From contig OZ038378.1 of assembly GCA_964036045.1 (NCBI GenBank), forward strand, positions 2,728,001-2,792,000: DNA of 64,000 nucleotides, read 5' to 3'. Shown piece after piece: positions 11,201-22,200 of the stretch. Numbering within the stretch: the first letter of the stretch is position 1; each line of letters opens with the position of its first letter. A model generated the notes under the pieces. It saw only the letters and a list, made by a program, of their open reading frames with translations, did not search any database and was not told the origin of the DNA. This DNA is from Eutreptiella sp. 'Long Island Sound 2002'. Lineage: Eukaryota; Protista; Euglenida. A program made the position numbers and the translations under genes.

Positions 11201-12930
11201 GGGCCATTAACTTCAGCCATGCACTTGGGCCATTAACTTTAGCCATGCACTTGGGCCATGAACTTTAGCCATGCACTTGGGCCATTAACTTTAGCCATGC
11301 ACTTGGGCCATGAACTTAAGCCATGCACTTGGGCCATTAACTTCAGCCATGCACTTGGGCCATTAACTTTAGCCATGCACTTGGGCCATTAACTTAAGCC
11401 ATGCACTTGGGCCATTAACTTAAGCCATGCACTTGGGCCATTAACTTCAGCCATGCACTTGGGCCATTAACTTTAGCCATGCACTTGGGCCATTAACTTA
11501 AGCCATGCACTTGGGCCATTAACTTAAGCCATGCACTTGGGCCATTAACTTAAGCCATGCACTTGGGCCATTAACTTAAGGCCAGTTATCTTACCTTAAT
11601 TTCAGGTTGGGCCATTAACTTTAGCCATTTGCGTGGGCCATGAACTTAAGCCATGCACTTGGGCCATTAACTTAAGCCATGCACTTGGGCCATTAACTTT
11701 AGCCATGCACTTGGGCCATTAACTTAAGCCATGCACTTGGGCCATTAACTTCAGCCATGCACTTGGGCCATTAACTTTAGCCATGCACTTGGGCCATTAA
11801 CTTAAGCCATGCACTTGGGCCATTAACTTAAGCCATGCACTTGGGCCATTAACTTCAGCCATGCACTTGGGCCATTAACTTTAGCCATGCACTTGGGCCA
11901 TTAACTTAAGCCATGCACTTGGGCCATTAACTTAAGCCATGCACTTGGGCCATTAACTTAAGCCATGCACTTGGGCCATTAACTTAAGGCCAGTTATCTT
12001 ACCTTAATTTCAGGTTGGGCCATTAACTTTAGCCATTTGCGTGGGCCATGAACTTAAGCCATGCACTTGGGCCATTAACTTAAGCCATGCACTTGGGCCA
12101 TTAACTTTAGCCATGCACTTGGGCCATTAACTTAAGCCATGCACTTGGGCCATTAACTTCAGCCATGCACTTGGGCCATTAACTTAAGCCATGCACTTGG
12201 GCCATTAACTTTAGCCATTTGCGTGGGCCATTAACTTAAGCCATGCACTTGGGCCATGAACTTAAGCCATGCACTTGGGCCATTAACTTCAGCCATGCAC
12301 TTGGGCCATTAACTTCAGCCATGCACTTGGGCCATTAACTTTAGCCATGCACTTGGGCCATGAACTTAAGCCATGCACTTGGGCCATTAACTTCAGCCAT
12401 GCACTTGGGCCATTAACTTCAGCCATGCACTTGGGCCATTAACTTAAGCCATGCACTTGGGCCATTAACTTAAGCCATGCACTTGGGCCATTAACTTAAG
12501 CCATGCACTTGGGCCATTAACTTAAGCCATGCACTTGGGCCATTAACTTAAGCCATGCACTTGGGCCATTAACTTAAGCCATGCACTTGGGCCATTAACT
12601 TAAGCCATGCACTTGGGCCATTAACTTAAGCCATGCACTTGGGCCATTAACTTAAGCCATGCACTTGGGCCATTAACTTAAGCCATGCACTTGGGCCATT
12701 AACTTTAGCCATGCACTTGGGCCATTAACTTAAGCCATGCACTTGGGCCATTAACTTAAGCCATGCACTTGGGCCATTAACTTAAGCCATGCACTTGGGC
12801 CATTAACTTAAGGCCAGTTATCTTACCTTAATTTCAGGTTGGGCCATTAAGCCAAGCCATGCATTTCGTCCTTAAAATTCAGCCATTCAACTGGGGCCAG
12901 TGAGGTTAGCCATTTACTTGGGCAATGAAA
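8275..12930 (+). repeat. 26-bp tandem satellite, consensus AGCCATGCACTTGGGCCAT(T/G)AACTT(T/A/C), ~175 copies
   Basis: Uninterrupted 26-nt period from ~8275 to ~12850, degenerating to 12930. Recurrent variant monomers and three 44-bp interrupted monomers at 11581, 11989 and 12813. Confidence 0.98.
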
Positions 12931-13518
12931 TCACCTCGAAGAGAGGTTGTTAGATCAAGCGCAGGCGCGGGCGTCATATACCCCCCTTTTTTGGGGTCAT
13001 TCGCGTAGCATACCCCAAGGCATGATATTGGATGTCCAACCCCTTGTAAAATCATTATTTTGCCCAATAAGACCATCCCCCAATGGATTTTTTTATTCTG
13101 AGGCCTCTATCCCCTAAAACTGGATATCACTTTTTTGGGGGGTGGGTGGGGGGGGGGTGTTGCGGGGGGGGGTCAAAAGTTTTTGCTGAGAAGGCTCCAA
13201 GCAGTGGGGAAGCAAACCGCTAACACACAACTGATGGTTGAATGGTAACACAGCAGACCGCAGGAATCATGGTCGGCGGTTCGAACCCAGGTCGGCCGCA
13301 AAGAGTGGCGGCGGCGGCGGCAGCATATGCCAGCTGCATTACCATTCGGCCACTACTTGAATATTAGAACAAAGGAGTCCCCACTGCTTGGGGCCGTGTC
13401 TGCCACTGACAAAAAACCCAAACTGTGTGTTTCTGTCTGACTGACTGCTGGCCTGGCTCAGGGACTGCTTGGCTGACTGTCAACCTCTCTTCGAGGTGCA
13501 CTGCTGAAGGCAATAGAA
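12931..13518 (+). mobile_element. Non-autonomous Helitron/Helentron-like element, short subfamily (588 bp)
   Basis: Starts TCACCTCGAAGAGAGGTTG. An 18-bp perfect inverted copy lies at 13481-13498, followed by a TGCT-GAA-GGCA hairpin and ATAGAA. The flanks GGGCAATGAAA and TTTAGGCACACACTTGG rejoin into one satellite monomer, with no TSD. Confidence 0.8.
13228..13300 (+). promoter_or_regulatory. tRNA-derived Pol III A/B-box cassette inside the element
   Basis: A box TGGTTGAATGG (13235-13245) and B box GGTTCGAACCC (13278-13288) at tRNA-like spacing (43 nt). A full cloverleaf is not evident. Confidence 0.65.
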
Positions 13519-13670
13519 TTTAGGCACACACTTGGTGCATCAACTTTCGCCATGCCCTTAGGACATGAACTTTAGCCGTGCACTTGGGCCATTAACTTTA
13601 GCCTTGCACTTGGGCCATGAACTTTAGCCATGCACTTGGGCCATGGACTTTACCCATGCACTTGGGCCGT
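13519..13670 (+). repeat. Continuation of the 26-bp satellite (degenerate) beyond the insertion
   Basis: About 5-6 diverged monomers of GCCATGCACTTGGGCCATGAACTTTA. Confidence 0.9.
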
Positions 13671-13672
13671 GC

Positions 13673-13958
13673 ATTGTATTGTACTTTCACCCAAGGCACC
13701 CCTAAAATTTTGAAGGTCATGAGAATTGCTAGGTGAACCACAAAGTTGGTGGACTGCCACAGTTGCGTTCACTGCAATTGACAGATTGTATCAGCGTCTA
13801 CGGTGGTCTATCATACCGCACTTTTGATGGGCTGGGTTAATGTTCCAAGAGATGTCCCCTTTCACCTACTCGTCTATATTGCATACCCGGGCATACACAT
13901 ATACACCACAATACATGAGAAATTTCAAAAAGATTTTGTACATCACGGATGGAGAGGG
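13673..13958 (+). repeat. Left arm of a ~290-bp long inverted repeat
   Basis: Reverse-complement match to 14958-15208 plus 25470-25504; the right arm is split by a 10.3-kb insertion. Confidence 0.85.
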
Positions 13959-14301
13959 AGGACATTCTTTGAGGATGGAGACCACCAACCGAAATCAAGG
14001 TCAAATCTTGGGGATTTGATGAGTTCTTTGAGAAATTCGGATCTTGTCTTGGCGTAGCCTGCAGTTGTTGTTGCGAAGGATTGTAAACAATTCGTCCAAA
14101 AGTGTCAGGGGTGGCAAGGATCGTGTCAGCTCTCGCAAAAATGGTATCTATCTGTGCCTTCAGGACTCTGTTGTGGTTCTTCGGGACAAGAAATCATCTG
14201 GGGCTCATGCTGTTGGAGTCCTATGGCCTCGGTCATTTTGTAGACCAAAAGGTGTTACACTATTCAGTCAACCTTGTGCACCCCGTTTGACTTGTGGGGT
14301 G

Positions 14302-14435
14302 GCTTAAGTTAATGGCCCAAGTGCATGGGCTAGGTTAATGCCCCAAGGGAATGGCTACAGTTCATGGCCGAAGTGCAGGGCTAATGTTAATGGCCCAAGT
14401 GCATGGTTTAATTTAATGGCCCAGGTGCATGGCCC
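14302..14435 (-). repeat. Inverted, diverged copies of the 26-bp satellite monomer
   Basis: TTAAGTTAATGGCCCAAGTGCATGG and four to five diverged neighbours are the reverse complement of the satellite unit. Confidence 0.85.
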
Positions 14436-14957
14436 CTGTGCAAGCTGCACAAGATTCCATTCAGAGACGTGGTGCGCGTGCCTGGTGGCATACACATCAG
14501 CAACTCAATCGGGGGATAGTGTACCATCTCTGTGGCTACGAACACTGTTCTGGCTCCTGGAGACCGGGATGGGGTATTGGATGCTACAAGGGGGTTGTAC
14601 CCGCGCTTTGGACAAGTATCGTCTGGGTGGAGACGAGAGGAGTGCTTGGAGTCCAGGTTTGTTGACACATGCACTCCAAGCCTGGTTGGGTGCAAAATTC
14701 ATGGCTCTGCCTCCTCCTCGCAAGCACCCCTATCACAAGCCGGAAAGGATGCAACGAAGGCAGTGTGAAGGTAGCTGAAGCCAGATCACGGGTCGAAACC
14801 CAAGCTTTTGTGACCCCCGAACCCCTACCCACGGCTCCATCTTGGAGATAGGCCCTAAAGAACCAAAAGAATAATGACTATGGTCACCACTAAAATTGGG
14901 TGATTCACAAATGGCGAATCATAGGATTCCCCGCTCGCCAACCGGTGCGGTACATTA

Positions 14958-15208
14958 CCCCCGTCCATCCTTGGTGTACAAAATCTTTTTAGGCTTTCTC
15001 ATGCATTGCGGTGTGTATGTGTATGCCCGGGTATGCAATATAGACGAGTAGGTGAAAGGGGACATCTCTCGGAACATTAACCCAGCCCATCAAAAGTGCG
15101 GTATGATAAGCCACTGTAGACGCTGATACAAATTGTCAATTGTAGTAAAGAAAATGTGGCAGTCCACCCACTTGGTGGTTCATTTGGCAATTCTCATGAC
15201 CTTCAAAA
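14958..15208 (-). repeat. Right arm (first part) of the long inverted repeat
   Basis: Reverse complement of ~13705-13958; resumes at 25470. Confidence 0.85.
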
Positions 15209-16769
15209 TCACCTCGAAGAGAGGTTGCGGGGTTGTTAGATCAAGCGCAGGCGCGAGCGTCGTATACCCCCCTTTTTTGGGGTCGTTCGCGTAGCATACC
15301 CCAATGTATGGTTTCTAACGTCTAACCCCCTGTAAAATCATCATTTTAGGACCAAAAATGATCCCCCAATGATTTTTTGGATTTTGACCCCCGTACCCCC
15401 CCGCACCGGGGTACCCTTTTTTGAGGGGGGGGGGTGGGGGGGGTGGGGGGGGGGTCAAAACTGCTTTGTGTATTGTGGCCGCTGTGTGTGTATTTGGACC
15501 TGGGTCCTGAAGAACTTTTTTCTTGTATATGGACCCTCTAACCCGTGGCGGGGGTCCCGGATCCCAACTCCAGGTACCCCCAGGCACCCCCCCCTATATG
15601 GCCCCTCGCCAATGAGGACTTAGCCGTTTTTCACGCTGGATAGGCTGTTTAGTGGCACGTGAAGGTTTTTTGAAATTCGAATTTTAGTGACTACCTTCCG
15701 TTGCCCCTGCGATTGGTTTGGGTGATCATTTGGTGACAATACGGGTACTTGAGCACCCATGGGGACCCACGTAGTGGCTGCTAGGCCTATGTAGCCCTTG
15801 CCATGGGCCCTCCGAAAGCCCCAAAATTGCTGTTGCGTAGGCTGTTTAGTGACACTTGAAAGTTTTTCACATTTCCACTTTTTCCGAAACCCTTCTGTTG
15901 CCCCTAGGATGGGTTTGGGTGATCATTTGGTGACAATGCGGGTGCTTGAGCACCCATGGGGGCCCACGTAGTGGCCACTGGGCCCATCTAGCCCGAACCA
16001 TGGGCCCCCCAAAAGCTTCAAATTGCTGTTTGTAGGTGGTTCAATGGTATTTGGTGTGTGCACAAACTGCTTTCCAGCACAACAAGCAGTTTTCCACCCT
16101 CTGCAGGTCAAAAATGGAAAATTTTTGCAAAATCACCTCGCAGAGGTTGTTAGATCAAAGCCAGGCAGGCGTATATATGGGAAAACGCCACATACCCCGC
16201 CATTTTGGCCTTTTTGGGCCTATTCGCGTACCCTACCCCAAGGGGTTGAATTGTTAGTTTAACCCCTTGTAAAATCATTATTTTGTCCAATAAACGCATC
16301 CCCCAATGAGTTTTTGGTCCGGACCCCCCCAGACCCCCCCCACTTGAAACCCACTTTTTTGAGGTTTTAAGGGAGGGGGGGGGATAGGGGGGGGTCAAAA
16401 ATGTCGAAAAAATGACCCCCCTTTGTTTGGGTCATTTTTTGGGTCGAAAATCATGAATCTTTTGGTTTTTTTCGATTTTGAGCCGAAAAAGTGTTTCCGG
16501 GTCCCGACTCCATAGGGTTTGTATGGGGCGGAGTGGGACGAGCGCAGTTTATGCATTTTTTGGCCATTTTTGCTATGTTGGCGATTTTGGCAACCTCGGT
16601 GACCCCGTGGTACCCACTCCAAGGGGTGCGAGTGGGGATGTTGTGACAGTATATGCCTCCTAGGATATGGAAGAACGTTTTTTGCACTCTGTAGCCTTGC
16701 CCAGGGCTGGTGAAATGCCTTGCCAAAGACGCGAAATGGCCGTTTCCACCAATAATGGCCTAGTGAATG

Positions 16770-18295
16770 GGCCAGTACACAACCTGCTCATGCAGTTTTT
16801 CACCTTGGGCAGCTCAAACATCGAAGTTTTTGAAACTTGTTTTTTGATATTGTGACCACCTAAAATGACCATCCAAGGTATATAAAGCATGTTTTAGACC
16901 GTATTTACGTGTTTCTCACCCTATTTGGGTATTAGGTCCGGGGGGGGGGGTCTCCCAAGGGATTGGTACACAACCTGCTTATGCAGTTTTTCAACCTCAG
17001 CAGCTTAAAAATCGAAGTTTTTGAAACTTGTTTTTTTGATATTGTGACCACCCAAAATGACCATCCAAGGTACGTAAAGCATGTTTTAGGCTGTATTTGC
17101 GTGTTTTTTCATCCTATTTGGGTATTAGGTGCGGGGGGGGGGTCTCCCAAGGGATTGGTACACAACCTGCTTATGCAGTTTTTCACCCTGGGCAGCTCAA
17201 AAATCGAAGTTTTCGAAACTTGTTTTTTTGATATTGTGACCACCCAAAATGACCATCCAAGGTACGTAAAGCATGTTTTAGGCCGTATTTACGTGTTTCT
17301 CACCCTATTTGGGTATTAGGTCCGGGGGGGGGGGTCTCCCAAGGGATTGGTACACAACCTGCTTATGCAGTTTTTCAACCTCGGCAGCTCAAAAATCGAA
17401 GTTTTCGAAACTTGTTTTTTTGATATTGTGACCACCCAAAATGACCATCCAAGCTATGTAAAGCATGTTTTAGGCCGTATTTACGTGTTTCTCACCCTAT
17501 TTGGGTATTAGGTCCGGGGGGGGGGGGTCTCCCAAGGGATTGGTACACAACCTGCTTATGCAGTTTTTCAACCTCGGCAGCTCAAAAATCGAAGTTTTCG
17601 AAACTTGTTTTTTTGATATTGTGACCACCCAAAATGACCATCCAAGGTACGTAAAGCATGTTTTAGGCTGTATTTGCGTGTTTTTTCATCCTATTTGGGT
17701 ATTAGGTGGGGGGGGGGGTCTCCCAAGGGATTGGTACACAACCTGCTTATGCAGTTTTTCAACCTCGGCAGCTCAAAAATCGAAGTTTTCGAAACTTGTT
17801 TTTTTGATATTGTGACCACCCAAAATGATCATCCAAGCTATGTAAAGCATGTTTTAGGCTGTATTTGCGTGTTTTTCATCCTATGTGGGTATTAGGTCCG
17901 GGGGGGGGGGGGGGGTCTCCCAAGGGATTGGTACACAACCTGCTTATGCAGTTTTTCACCCTGGGCAGCTCAAAAATCGAAGTTTTCGAAACTTGTTTTT
18001 TTGGTATTGTGACCACCCAAAATGACCATCCAAGGTATGTAAAGCATGTTTTAGGCCGTATGTACATGTTTTTCACCCTATTTGGGTATTAGTTCCGGGG
18101 GGTCGGGGGCTCCCAAGGGATTGGCACACAACCTTATGCAGTTTTCCACCCTGGGCAGCTCAAAAATCGAAGTTTTCGAAACTTGTTTTTTTGATACCGT
18201 GATCACCTAAAATGATCATCCAAGGTATGCAAAGCATGTTTTAGCCCGTATTTATGTAGTTTCCATCCTATTTTGGGTGTGTTTTGCTCGGGGTA
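16770..18295 (+). repeat. ~192-bp central tandem repeat, unit 1 (8 copies; 9, 6 and 4 copies in units 2-4)
   Basis: CCCAAGGGATTGG recurs at 16954, 17146, 17338, 17531, 17722, 17919 and 18112. Length differences are mostly in a poly-G tract. Confidence 0.95.
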
Positions 18296-18587
18296 GATTC
18301 TCTGCGAGGTGGACTTGCCGAAGGCAACAGAACCACCGCGCAGAGGTTGTTAGGTCAAAGCCAGGCAGGCGTATATATGGGGAAAACGCCACATACCCCC
18401 CCATTTTGGCCTTTTTGGGCCTATTCGCGTACCCTACCCCAAGGGGTTGAATTGTTAGTTTAACCCCTTGTAAAATCATTATTTTGTCCAATAAACGCAA
18501 CCCCCCATGAGTTTTTGGTCCGGACCCCCCTAGACCCCCCCCACTTGAAACCCACTTTTTTGAGGTTTTCAAGGAGGGGGGGGGGGT

Positions 18588-19270
18588 GGGTTGGGTTGGG
18601 TTGGGTTGGGTCAAGGCCTCGCCTGGTCGCCTACCCACGGTCCGCGCCGCCTTCCCTGCGGGACCCGACTGGGCGGCCGTACCCGGGTGTCCGGTCACAA
18701 GGCCTACCGGACTGTTGACCGCCCCCAGACCCCGCGGTGGCGCTCGCGGGCGGGAGATGCCGCCGTGCCTGTGTGTATGTGCCCTTGTGTGTCTGAGGGG
18801 GGGGGGGGGGGGGCTGTGGCACACCTGCTTGCTCCATTGTTGTTCGGCGTTGGCGCACATGGCGCGGGGAAGTGTGTGCCTGGTGCTCCAGGCCCCGGCA
18901 GGGAGGCTGGAGAGCCTGACGCTGAGCCCGCCGGGGGAGATGTGGGCCTGGGCTCGCAACCTCCACGTCACAAGGACATGCTACCCAACCACTCCACGAC
19001 TGCCTATTGGCACGGGAAGGCGGTGGTACGTGGCACGACTGGGGTCAGACCCGCACTCCTTGACTGCCTTAGGCACAGGTGGTGCTGCCTCGCGGGCTGG
19101 GTCCGGCTCCCACGGCCGAGGGCGTACCCTGGGCAGATGGAGGGGCACCAAGGCGCAGAGTGTGCTTCCCTGCCCTGGGTGCCACCAGTGCTGGCTGCAC
19201 TGGCTGCGGCGCTACAGCCCGCGTAGACGAGGGGGCCCAGAGGGCACCACACCCGAATGGCCTCTCCGTT
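18588..19270 (-). mobile_element. ~680-bp GC-rich insertion with (GGGTT)n end, probable retroposon fragment, in array unit 2 only
   Basis: Absent from units 1, 3 and 4. It sits in the G-run, flanked by G11-12TGGG on both sides (possible TSD), with a (AACCC)4 tail on the minus strand. Confidence 0.6.
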
Positions 19271-22200
19271 GGGGGGGGGGGGTGGGGGGGGGGTCAAAAA
19301 ATGACCCCCCTTTTTTTGGGTCGAAAATCATGAATCTTTTGGTTTTTTTCGATTTTGAGCCGAAAAAGTGTTTCCGGGTCCCGACTCCATAGGGTTTGTA
19401 TGGGGCGGAGTGGGACGAGCGCAGTTTATGCATTTTTTGGCCATTTTTGCTATGTTGGCGATTTTGGCAACCTCGGTGACCCCGTGGTACCCACTCCAAG
19501 GGGTGCGAGTGGGGATGTTGTGACAGTATATGCCTCCTAGGATATGGAAGAACGTTTTTGCACTCTGTAGCCTTGCCCAGGGCTGGTGAAATGCCTTGCC
19601 AAAGACGCGAAATGGCCGTTTCCACCAATAATGGCCTAGTGAATGGGCCAGTACACAACCTGCTCATGCAGTTTTTCACCTTGGGCAGCTCAAACATCGA
19701 AGTTTTTGAAACTTGTTTTTTTGATATTGTGACCACCTAAAATGACCATCCAAGGTATGTAAAGCATGTTTTAGGCCGTATTTACGTGTTTCTCACCCTA
19801 TTTGGGTATTAGGTCCGGGGGGGGGGGGTCTCCCAAGGGATTGGTACACAACCTGCTTATGCAGTTTTCAACCTCAGCAGCTTAAAAATCGAAGTTTTTG
19901 AAACTTGTTTTTTGATATTGTGACCACCCAAAATGACCATCCAAGGTACGTAAAGCATGTTTTAGGCTGTATTTGCGTGTTTTTTCATCCTATTTGGGTA
20001 TTAGGTGGGGGGGGGGGGTCTCCCAAGGGATTGGTACACAACCTGCTTATGCAGTTTTTCACCCTGGGCAGCTCAAAAATCGAAGTTTTCGAAACTTGTT
20101 TTTTTGATATTGTGACCACCCAAAATGACCATCCAAGGTACGTAAAGCATGTTTTAGGCCGTATTTACGTGTTTCTCACCCTATTTGGGTATTAGGTCCG
20201 GGGGGGGGGTCTCCCAAGGGATTGGTACACAACCTGCTTATGCAGTTTTTCAACCTCGGCAGCTCAAAAATCGAAGTTTTCGAAACTTGTTTTTTTGATA
20301 TTGTGACCACCCAAAATGACCATCCAAGCTATGTAAAGCATGTTTTAGGCCGTATTTACGTGTTTCTCACCCTATTTGGGTATTAGGTCCGGGGGGGGGG
20401 TCTCCCAAGGGATTGGTACACAACCTGCTTATGCAGTTTTTCAACCTCGGCAGCTCAAAAATCGAAGTTTTCGAAACTTGTTTTTTTGATATTGTGACCA
20501 CCCAAAATGACCATCCAAGCTATGTAAAGCATGTTTTAGGCCGTATTTACGTGTTTCTCACCCTATTTGGGTATTAGGTCCGGGGGGGGGGGTCTCCCAA
20601 GGGATTGGTACACAACCTGCTTATGCAGTTTTTCAACCTCGGCAGCTCAAAAATCGAAGTTTTCGAAACTTGTTTTTTTGATATTGTGACCACCCAAAAT
20701 GACCATCCAAGGTACGTAAAGCATGTTTTAGGCTGTATTTGCGTGTTTTTTCATCCTATTTGGGTATTAGGTGGGGGGGGGGGGTCTCCCAAGGGATTGG
20801 TACACAACCTGCTTATGCAGTTTTTCAACCTCGGCAGCTCAAAAATCGAAGTTTTCGAAACTTGTTTTTTTGATATTGTGACCACCCAAAATGATCATCC
20901 AAGCTATGTAAAGCATGTTTTAGGCTGTATTTGCGTGTTTTTCATCCTATGTGGGTATTAGGTCCGGGGGGGGGGGGGGGGTCTCCCAAGGGATTGGTAC
21001 ACAACCTGCTTATGCAGTTTTTCACCCTGGGCAGCTCAAAAATCGAAGTTTTCGAAACTTGTTTTTTTGGTATTGTGACCACCCAAAATGACCATCCAAG
21101 CTATGTAAAGCATGTTTTAGGCCGTACGTACATGTTTTTCACCCTATTTGGGTATTAGTTCCGGGGGGTCGGGGGCTCCCAAGGGATTGGCACACAACCT
21201 TATGCAGTTTTCCACCCTGGGCAGCTCAAAAATCGAAGTTTTCGAAACTTGTTTTTTTGATACCGTGATCACCTAAAATGATCATCCAAGGTATGCAAAG
21301 CATGTTTTAGCCCGTATTTATGTAGTTTCCATCCTATTTTGGGTGTGTTTTGCTCGGGGTAGATTCTCTGCGAGGTGGACTTGCCGAAGGCAACAGAACC
21401 ACCGCGCAGAGGTTGTTAGGTCAAAGCCAGGCAGGCGTATATATGGGGAAAACGCCACATACCCCCCCATTTTGGCCTTTTTGGGCCTATTCGCGTACCC
21501 TACCCCAAGGGGTTGAATTGTTAGTTTAACCCCTTGTAAAATCATTATTTTGTCCAATAAACGCAACCCCCCATGAGTTTTTGGTCCGGACCCCCCTAGA
21601 CCCCCCCCACTTGAAACCCACTTTTTTGAGGTTTTCAAGGAGGGGGGGGGGGTGGGGGGGGGTCAAAAAATGACCCCCCTTTTTTTGGGTCGAAAATCAT
21701 GAATCTTTTGGTTTTTTTCGATTTTGAGCCGAAAAAGTGTTTCCGGGTCCCGACTCCATAGGGTTTGTATGGGGCGGAGTGGGACGAGCGCAGTTTATGC
21801 ATTTTTTGGCCATTTTTGCTATGTTGGCGATTTTGGCAACCTCGGTGACCCCGTGGTACCCACTCCAAGGGGTGCGAGTGGGGATGTTGTGACAGTATAT
21901 GCCTCCTAGGATATGGAAGAACGTTTTTTGCACTCTGTAGCCTTGCCTAGGGCTGGTGAAATGCCTTGCCAAAGACGCGAAATGGCTGTTTCCACCAATA
22001 ATGGCCTAGTGAATGGGCCAGTACACAACCTGCTCATGCAGTTTTTCACCTTGGGCAGCTCAAACATCGAAGTTTTTGAAACTTGTTTTTTTGATATTGT
22101 GACCACCTAAAATGACCATCCAAGGTATGTAAAGCATGTTTTAGACCGTATTTACGTGTTTCTCACCCTATTTGGGTATTAGGTCCGGGGGGGGGGGTCT

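Noticed and set aside
8275-12930. CRISPR array or coding repeats (ORFs MAKVNGPSAWLKL...)
   Set aside because: The monomers abut with no unique spacers and no cas genes are present. The ORFs are by-products of the 26-bp period.
13228-13300. Functional tRNA gene
   Set aside because: A and B boxes are present, but the acceptor and anticodon stems do not pair and the cassette lies inside a dispersed element. The same applies to 41860-42038.
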